Positions 54,001 through 63,000 of a stretch of 64,000 bases of DNA are shown piece after piece. The notes under the pieces are model-generated. The model had not been told where the DNA came from and made no database searches. It was given only the letters and a program-made list of their open reading frames with translations. The stretch is from contig JASEHM010000001.1 of assembly GCA_030018895.1 (NCBI GenBank), positions 2,199-66,198 of the forward strand. The letters run 5' to 3'. A program made the translations under genes and the position numbers. Numbering within the stretch: position 1 is the stretch's first letter; every line of letters begins with the position of its first letter. Origin of the DNA: Candidatus Omnitrophota bacterium. GTDB lineage: Bacteria > Omnitrophota > Gorgyraeia > Gygaellales > Profunditerraquicolaceae.

Positions 54001-57000
54001 CAGAAACTTCTAGGAGACCCGACAATTGGCCAACTTGCTCAAGCCTTAGGATGGCCAGTTGAGGAAGTAAAAGAAGTTTTAAATGTTCCGATGCATGTAG
54101 TTTCTCTATCTACACCTGTGGGTAAGGAAGGAGAAACTTCTCTTGGCGAGCTTATAGAGAGTCCACAGGCACGGGATTTGGAGGGTTCAATCATAGAAGA
54201 ATTGAGTGCTGAACGGCCTGAAGAGACCCTTAAAAAGGCCTTGCATCAACTTCTTCTCATCGATAGGCTAATTGTATGTTTGCATAATGGCTTGTCTATT
54301 ACTGGAGAAGTAGTTAGCAATGAAGAAATTAATCAACTTAAATCATCTATTAAAAAAGAAGCACTAAATAAGGCTATTATGAACATGAACCCCTTAAGTT
54401 ATCGCAAGATTGGTGAGCTATTGGGATACACCGGGGAACGCATACGTCAACTCAAAAAACAAGCGTTACTAGATTTAAAACAACTAATAGGGGGAGGTAT
54501 AATCTTAACCGATAGTATGATACTTAGCAAAGTTAAGCCTATTAAGAAGATCCCTGGTGTAATCAGAATTTTAATGGAAGAAAAAGGAATTATTATTCCA
54601 TCTATGGTTGTTAAGTCGTTAGGGATTTCTATTCCGACACTTACTAAATATATTAAAGATAATCCTTCTGATGAGATAAAAGATTTGATGAGGCAGCTAG
54701 GTATTCATAATCAGATTCTTCGGGCGATAAAAAGGCTAGAGAGGCTGCCCAAAGCGAAACAAAAACTAATTACGGTAAAGATGCTTGTTCAAGAAATAAA
54801 GTTTTTTTCTTTAACAGACATAGAAAAAGCAAAAAATGAAATAAATAAACGTATAGAAAAACATCTCGGGGCGAGAAAAGAAATATTAAAACATGTGGGA
54901 GCGGTGCCAATATTCAATTGGGAAACTGTCAATTGGGAAACTGTTTCCAGCTTAATCGGGACAGTGAGACGCAAGGTCAAAATCGCCGGCTCGGAAGTGG
55001 ATTTATCTCTAACTTCTTCTTCCGTAAGCAGTTCCGTTATTAATTCAGCAGGCCAAAGCAACAACGCGCCGGAAAAAATTGAAATAATTGAATTTTCGTT
55101 TCTGAAAAATACTATGGGTTGTATCATAGAAGCTGGTAAAAGAGATATGCAAAAACAGAAGATTGAGAAAATTTTGATTTTGCGTAATTTAGGATTTATT
55201 TTAAAGGAACTAAAAGAGTTAAAGAATATGAATGCTATTTTGAATAAATGGGCCATAGAAATTATTATAAGGTTTAGAAGACAGCTTATTGAAGAATTTA
55301 GAAAAACAGAGAATTCTATTTCTAATGGCAAAGAAAGCAGTAATGACATAAATATTAAGGAGCAGTTTAAAAAAATAAATATTAGAGAAAAAATAATATT
55401 AAATTTTTATTGGGTAGGAAAGAATCGGTGCTGGAAGATTTTAGAAGAAGGATTGAGTAAGCCTTGGTTTATTCCTGATATTGGAAGAGTGGATGAAGAG
55501 CTGGTGCAGGAGAAAAAAAGAAAAGAGGAGTTGATAGCCACCATCTTAGGGCAGTTACAAACAGGCACAATGATTCAACGTCAGATAGAAGAGGAGCAAG
55601 ATTTAAGACAATATATACCGCGAATAAAGATAAAGATTGAGTCTGCGGAAGAAAATCTGGGAGAGGCAGCAGTATGGGCAGAGGAGGTTTTCGCAAAAGG
55701 AGTAGATAGTTTTAAAAAAGATGCAGATACAGTGGAGAATAGGCAACTCAAGGCATTTGCTATGGAGTTAGGGGGCGTATTGGAGAATATGATTTGGCTG
55801 GGAGTTCGTGCTTATGATTATCAAGATGAAGAGACGATAGATTTTATAGGTAAGGCCAAAAAGGAGGAAATGATTAAAGATTTAGTCAAAGGATTGATAA
55901 GTAGTATTGATCAAGGCCTTAGTAAAGAGCCTGAAATTATGCAATATACTTTGCAAATTATAAGACAATATTTGCAGGGGCTTCTTTTAGAGGATTTAGC
56001 CTTAGGATATGAAAACGTGCTTATGCAAAAAAGGGTTAAGTATGCATTAAGAGAAGCATTTATAGGTTTCAAGAGGCTAAAAACAGAGATGCTTGATTAT
56101 CTGCATGAGCTTTTGAAAGAAAAAAAAGAAAAAGTAGATGTTAATAAGTATTTCAAAGAAGGCATTGAAAGAATGCTTCAGGGTATAGGAAATTATCTTA
56201 TTAATAAAGTAGAATATCAAACAGCGCATTATGAAGGAGAAGACTCAGTGATTTTAAAATTGAATTATATACCTACTCCACAAGAATTTTTAAATTGCTT
56301 TATAAAGGTTTATGGCAAAAAATTGGCTGCAATTATTACTTGTGCAGGAACGCCGCAGGCACATTATGCTTTGTTGGCTGAGTCTGAAAGAATACCAGTT
56401 TTTATTATTGCCAGGGAAGATACGGATTTAATTAAACAAAATGATAAAGTTGTGATTTTTAGTAATGGAGAGGTGATTATTAATCCTAGTCCGCAAACAC
56501 AAGACGAATTTGCCGTTGCACAAGGAGTTCAACAAAAGATTGACGAATTTTATAGTGAAAAGGCGCCGGAGTTGTTAAAAATACCGGTTGAAATGAACGC
56601 TGATTCTAAAGATGAGATAGAAGTAGCAGTGAATATTGTCCAGGGTATTGGCCTGGTAAGGACTGAGAACTTATGCCAGGGAATTTTACCTTTTTTAATT
56701 ACTGAATGGCAGGATTTATTCAGGGAAATTTTAAAATCTGCAAAAGGAAAAAGAGTTACTTTTAGAGTCATTGATTATCAACCGGATAAAAAGCCTTTGC
56801 CTTTTGCTTATCAACGCTACCTAAGGCCTAAATGGTGGAAAGATCATCCCCTGGGCAGAGCAGTGGCATTACAGATATTACAGGCTCTCATCAGATTGGG
56901 AAAAGAAGGGTATGGTTTTTTTCGAGTAATGTTTCCTATGGTAGAAGATGTTAGTGATTTGCAGGCAATAGAGCAGATAATAAAAAAAGCGCAAGAGAAG

Positions 57001-60000
57001 GAAGGCCAAGGGACAGAGCTTACTATAGGCATTATGGTAGAAACTAAAAAGGTAGTTAATAATATAGATCTAATAATTAAGACTATAGAGAAAATCCCCG
57101 CAATAAAGTTTTTTAGTGTTGGATCCAATGATTTAATTCATTTCTTTTACAATATCCACAGGGATAATCTCCAAGATTATAAAAAGTATTATGAGGGGAT
57201 TGCCCCCCCGCTTATTCTCAAAAAGATTTTAGAAGTTGTAAAAAAAGCCAAGGAAGCCGGTTTAGAAAGTAGTTTATGCGGAGACTTAGCAAGGAATGAG
57301 CAATTCTGGCTGGTCTGGTATTATTTTAAGCATAATTATAATGTAGAAATTCTTTTAAGTATGCCGGATATAAAGATCGCAGAGAGATTTAAGGTTTGGA
57401 TAAATTATATTGATAATCATTTAGAGCAGATACCATGCTGGAAAAACTTAACTGATTTATTAAAGAAGATGTTTGTTTATAAATATGATGATGAGATTGA
57501 TGAAAAATATTGGGATGCGTTAAAGAAACAACTAAATGCTGTGATTAGCGAAATACAAGCGGTTTTAAATAAGGCTATAGAGAAAGACAAAAATGTAAAG
57601 ATAGAACTAAAAACAAAAGAAGAACTGCCTAAAGCAGAAGAGGAGAAAAAGTGGTCTGATAATGAAGGTAATATAATTGGGTTATTAAAAGGTTTCCATG
57701 CTTATGCCCAGGGTCATCTAAGTGGTTTGATTAACTCATATTGGGAGAAAGAGTTGCGAGTAAAGATAGAGTGTTTAAAAGAAGAGCAATGGCAGGAGTT
57801 TTATGATGGTAGCGTTTTATGGGACATATTTGATTTTATGGAAGCCGAATTTATTGTGGGTAGTTCTAAAGAATTTAGATTTAGCGCATCTGAGCATTGT
57901 TCATTAGGCAAAGAAAAAGCAGACTCTCTTTTGAAAGGGTTTTTAGATGAGTTTGTAAAACAGCTTTGCGGAAAAGACGATGAATTTGGAGGCAGAAGGT
58001 TTGATTTAGAGGTTCAAGAAGAAGATGCTGTAAAAGAAACAGAACAAACGCAATGTAATAAGCTCCCCCTAGTAGAGATAGTACGTATTTTTGAGATCAA
58101 TCCAGGCAAAAAAGCGGCTTCTTCTCTGATGTCGCTAGAAAAGCATGTGGTGGATATAAAAGAGTATGCGGATATAATAGCCAGGCTTTTGCTTTGCAGT
58201 ATGAAATATAAGGGGAATAATAGAAACGAGTTGAATTGCTATTCTCTACGCGCTGATCTTATTCAAGTATTACAAGAAAAGCTTGGTTATGACAAGATAA
58301 AAAATATAAAAATTATAGGAATGAGCGGTGGGCGTAAGAAGTTGCCTCTTATACCAATAGATACGGAATTGGGGGTAGGCCCTGAGAAAATATATTACTT
58401 AGGGTTGCCGCTTGATAAATTAGGAGGATTGGGAGACCCTCATCAGAAAGGGCCTATTACTGGCCATGCATGGTGCTCAAAAAAAATAAATAGTTTGCCG
58501 GATTGTTATTTCCTTAAAATTGAGGTTGGTTTTAACAAAAATGCTGAAAAATTAAAAGCTCTTATCACTAATAATATAAACCCATGCATTGGAAAGGTTG
58601 ACTGGGATTCATTAGCTAAGGGTTATCTTGAATTTTGTTTAACAGGATCAGGTAAATCCATAAAAGATCTTAAGATAGGGGTTTTGTGCCGGCCTTATAA
58701 CCGGCAGTTAATTGAGGCATTGATAAGGGCTTTTAAAGCCAAAGGCGCAGGTGTTCCAATTAAAGATTATGTTCGGATAGCCAAAAAATGCAAGAGACAA
58801 GGTTCATTTAATAATGGCGGGATTTTTCTTTATCAAAATGACGATTGGTCAAGTAGTATAGATATGGATGAGAAAGATGGTTTAGATGGCTTTATGGGAA
58901 TAGGCGGTTATCCTGAAAAAGGAATGAGCAGCTTGATAATTAGAAAAAAAGGTAAAGGGGCATTGACTGGCCGTTTTATCAGCCAGGAGTATATTGAAAA
59001 AACAAATAGAGCGGTAACTGCGCCAGAACCTTTTGTCCTGACGAACTTTAGTCCTGGGGAGTTGGCAAATTTTGATAAAACGGGTATTAAAACTGAAAAT
59101 AAAGAGCATCTCAGGGTTTTTACTGACAAGGATATTATCTCTGCGGATATAAAGGGAGAAGATATTATTTTACTAATTGGGTTAATCGGAGATGCTGCTT
59201 ATTTTGGCTGTCGTATTTCAGGAATTACTGTGGATGCTCGGAAAGGATATATAAAAGCCAATCTCTTAGAGATTAATGAGAAAAAGAAGGCTTGTGTAAT
59301 TGAAATAAAATACCCTTTAGTATCTATTCAAAAATATTTAAAAGAGCTTTCTTATGCAAAAGATCCAAAAGTTTATAAAAAGTTAGCTTTTGCCTGCGCT
59401 GAAGCCGGGGACTATCATCTGGCAAATGAATATCTTAAGAAGGCTCTCAAAGACAAAGAGTCTCAAATATTATTTTACTATATTAGGGGTATGAACATTC
59501 AGGCGCAGAGTAAAATAAACCCTAATATTAGGGCATTAAGACTATATATGAAGGCTTTTGCGATTTGGAAAAAGCTGGTTCCTCAAGGACAAGCAGCGCT
59601 TGAAGAATTAGGTTTGGACCTGATAAAAACGATTCGGCGCACCCGGGTTTTCTTAAGAATTCAATACCAGCTTAAAGGAAATTGGCTTGAAGCAGTAAAG
59701 CATTCTTGGCCAGCAGTAAGGATTTCACAAGAGGAGTTTGAAACCATTTTTCAGCATAATCGGCTTGTTTTAATGTCCATTGTTGAAGAATATTACAGGC
59801 TTATTAAAGATGTAGACGAATCCAATATTAAAGCCAAGATTGAATTAGCCTATGAAGCATATCTTAATTGGGAAGAAAAGGCAACGAATAAGACCAGATC
59901 TTGCATGGAGGATTATAGAAAATTTTTAGAATTCTATCAAGGAGATTTCTTTGTCTGCTTGCTTTTTGAAACTGTTTTTAGGGGATTTAAATCTTCTGAA

Positions 60001-63000
60001 AGGGCAATTATTTGTTGGAAGATTTTGTATATGAAATTAAATAAAAACTACCGCGAGGATTTATTATGGGTTATGCGGAATGAGTCTGAAAGAAATAACC
60101 TTATAAATGATTTAAAGCAGACAATAAATTTTACCGATGAAGAAAAAGAAGATTTTAGGATTCCTTTAGAAGAAGGGATATCTACTCGTACGAGCAAAAA
60201 AATTCTTTCCCAATTATTACGGTTTTATAGTAAAGAACCAGTTATTTATTTAAGGAACCAGGAAGTAGCTTATAGTATATTTAGGCAATATTTTAGCGAA
60301 GCGCTGTTTTTAAGAATCTTTGGTCATTTTCAGAGCAGCCAAAAACATGTTGAAAAAGCTATCCATGCCTGCGAGCAGATATATAAGGTAAAGGATTTAG
60401 GCCTGTTTATGACAACCTTGCCAAGGGATACAATCAATTTTTATCTAAGATTAGCTGATATAGAAGAAAATTCAGATAGAAAAAAACAATTCTTGCAAGA
60501 GGCGCAAGGATTGTGCTGCGGGTTTTTAACTGGTGATTATTTTAAAGAGATTATAGCAGAAGCTGATTCCCAATTAGCTTCTAGAGAGTTTATTAAATTA
60601 ACAGCATGGAAACCTGAAAGTTTGTGGGAAGGCCTTGCAAAAACTTCATTAGAAGGACTGCTTAGGAAAAAAATTCAGCTATATGTTTTTGATATGAATG
60701 GGGTCAAGAATATTCAGAAAAAGATAGAAGAAATATTATTTAAAAAATCAATAATATTCTTCGGAGGGACAAGCAGAAGAGCAGGCCTTAAACCACTTCG
60801 CAATTATCCTGTTTCTACTAATATAAATATAAAAACATCAGAAATAAATCAGGATAATGTTTTTTTATCTATTGACCTAAAGAAAAAGGTAGACTATTTT
60901 AAGGGAATAATTTTTTCTATCTTACTTGAAAAGAAATGTGAAGAAAATTGGGATATAAAAGGCAAAATAATTCCCTATTTTCAAGGGCCCTTGATATTAA
61001 TAACAAAAAAGAAAGAGCAAATTCCTGAAGTATGTAATGATTTGGTAGAAGAATTACAGGGGGCCGTTGAAAATCAATATACAGTAGAGACAACAAGTAT
61101 TGGTATGGAAGTTTCGTCGATTGACCGAGGAGATGTACTGCTTTATTTAGCAGAGCAGATTGCTAATAAAGACAAAAAGAACCTTATAGATTTATTAGTG
61201 CAAACCTTTGTCGTAGGCAATAGCCGCGCAGATCTATTTATGCTCAATATTGTAGCCAGTCATGGCGGGTTAGCTATATTTGTGGGCCAGAATATTCCAG
61301 AGGGCCTATCTAAAAAGGTTCTTGTAATTCCGCTACAAAATCCTCAAGGAATAGAATTTCTTATAGAGTTAATTGCTAAGGCCTCCAACTCGGCAGGTAT
61401 AGAAAATCATCTCCAGAGCCTGCAAAATTCTGTTAGTGAAGAGGAAACTGTTTCCAGCGCAATCTTGGCAGTGGGATGCAGTGAAGTTGACATAAGCTGT
61501 TCTGCTTTGTTGAAAATGAAGGGGTTCGTCGGTTCGCCAGTTAGCCGGTTACTTGAAACCGCCGCCTTGGCGAAGGGGGATGGGGGTCAGTTCTGTTGTA
61601 ATTCTTTGCCTATCAATGGGGGAATTCTGGGGACACAAGACTTAATTCGGAGTACTGATTTGCCATCCGCTATTGCTATCGCCTCGCCGGTGAGGGATTT
61701 GTTTGCAACTTCTTTTCCCATAATAGATTCCGCAGAAACGACACTAAATATACTGTTTTTATCTCGTTTAGGCGCTCTGCGTACAGGTACAAATGCCCCG
61801 CCATTAGTTGTTAATAATGCCGCCTTTGTCTCGGTATTATTTCGCACCTATTTAGAGACCTCATCACAACCTACCCCTTCTATTACTATTCCAGAACTTA
61901 TTGTCTGCTATTTATTACTTGCTACTATTAAGGTATCCTTTGCTTCGTCGGCGGTGGAGAATTTATCTACAAGTTTTTCTTTCGCAGGCATTTTTTTGAC
62001 TATTAAGAAAGTGTTTAAAGGGTCGAAGATAATAATAGATAAGGTTATTGGAGTCGGCGAAAATGGATATAGAAAAATAGAAAAAATTATCTGGCAATTT
62101 TTACAGAAAGCTTGGCAATGTATACAGAAAATTCCGGTCGGCTTTGCGCCGGACAGTGAAGGCCGGGTTACCGTTGATGCTCTCATAAAATATCTTTCTG
62201 TGGCTCCTTTCGCAGTAGATGCGACGTTGGAAGCCTTCTTTTCGCAATTGAAAAATCCCAAAGCTCAGGCAGCAATTGCTTCCGGTGGCCTTGGTTTTCT
62301 TGCCGGAGAAACCCTTAATGCTTGGGTCAAGGTATCTCAGCGGGTAGTCGGGTTTATGCCTCTTTATGAAGGTAATATTAACTGGGATAGTGAGGCAGGG
62401 ATACAGCCGATTATCGGGTCAGGCGGCAAACCGCTTACTCTGGAAGTCAATTTTAAGGAGGTCGGGCAATTACAGGAGAAGCCATATAAGGTTAGCTACT
62501 ACATTATTAACGCCAATGGCACTCCGGTAATCCTGGCGCGCCAGCCGAAGATTAACTACGCGCTTTATCCTTGTGATTCGGATAAATATCGGCAGATGGC
62601 TTTCTTAGGTAGGGCATATACGGAATTTTTTAAATATTTAGGCGTTGTCCCGGATATCTTGCGCTTCAATGAGGCGCAGGTATTTTTCCTTCTTACTGCG
62701 ACTGATAATGATGTTGATTGGTTTGCTCGGGAGAGAGAGAGAACTAAAACCGAAAGCCGCAGCGTTCATGAGAATACCAAATACATCCTTTTTACCACGC
62801 ATACCCCGGAAGTAGCCGCTTTACCGAGAGAAAACGTAGGCCGGTTAAAGAACCTTATCGGTAGCGGGATGATTCCGAAGAAAGCAGATGGAAGTGATTA
62901 TGCGGATGGGGAAGAATTGGATTTTGTTCATCATTTAGTTAACGACTCGCGGGTCGTCGTTATCAATGGCGTTTCCCAGGAACACGGGGAAGTAACTAAG

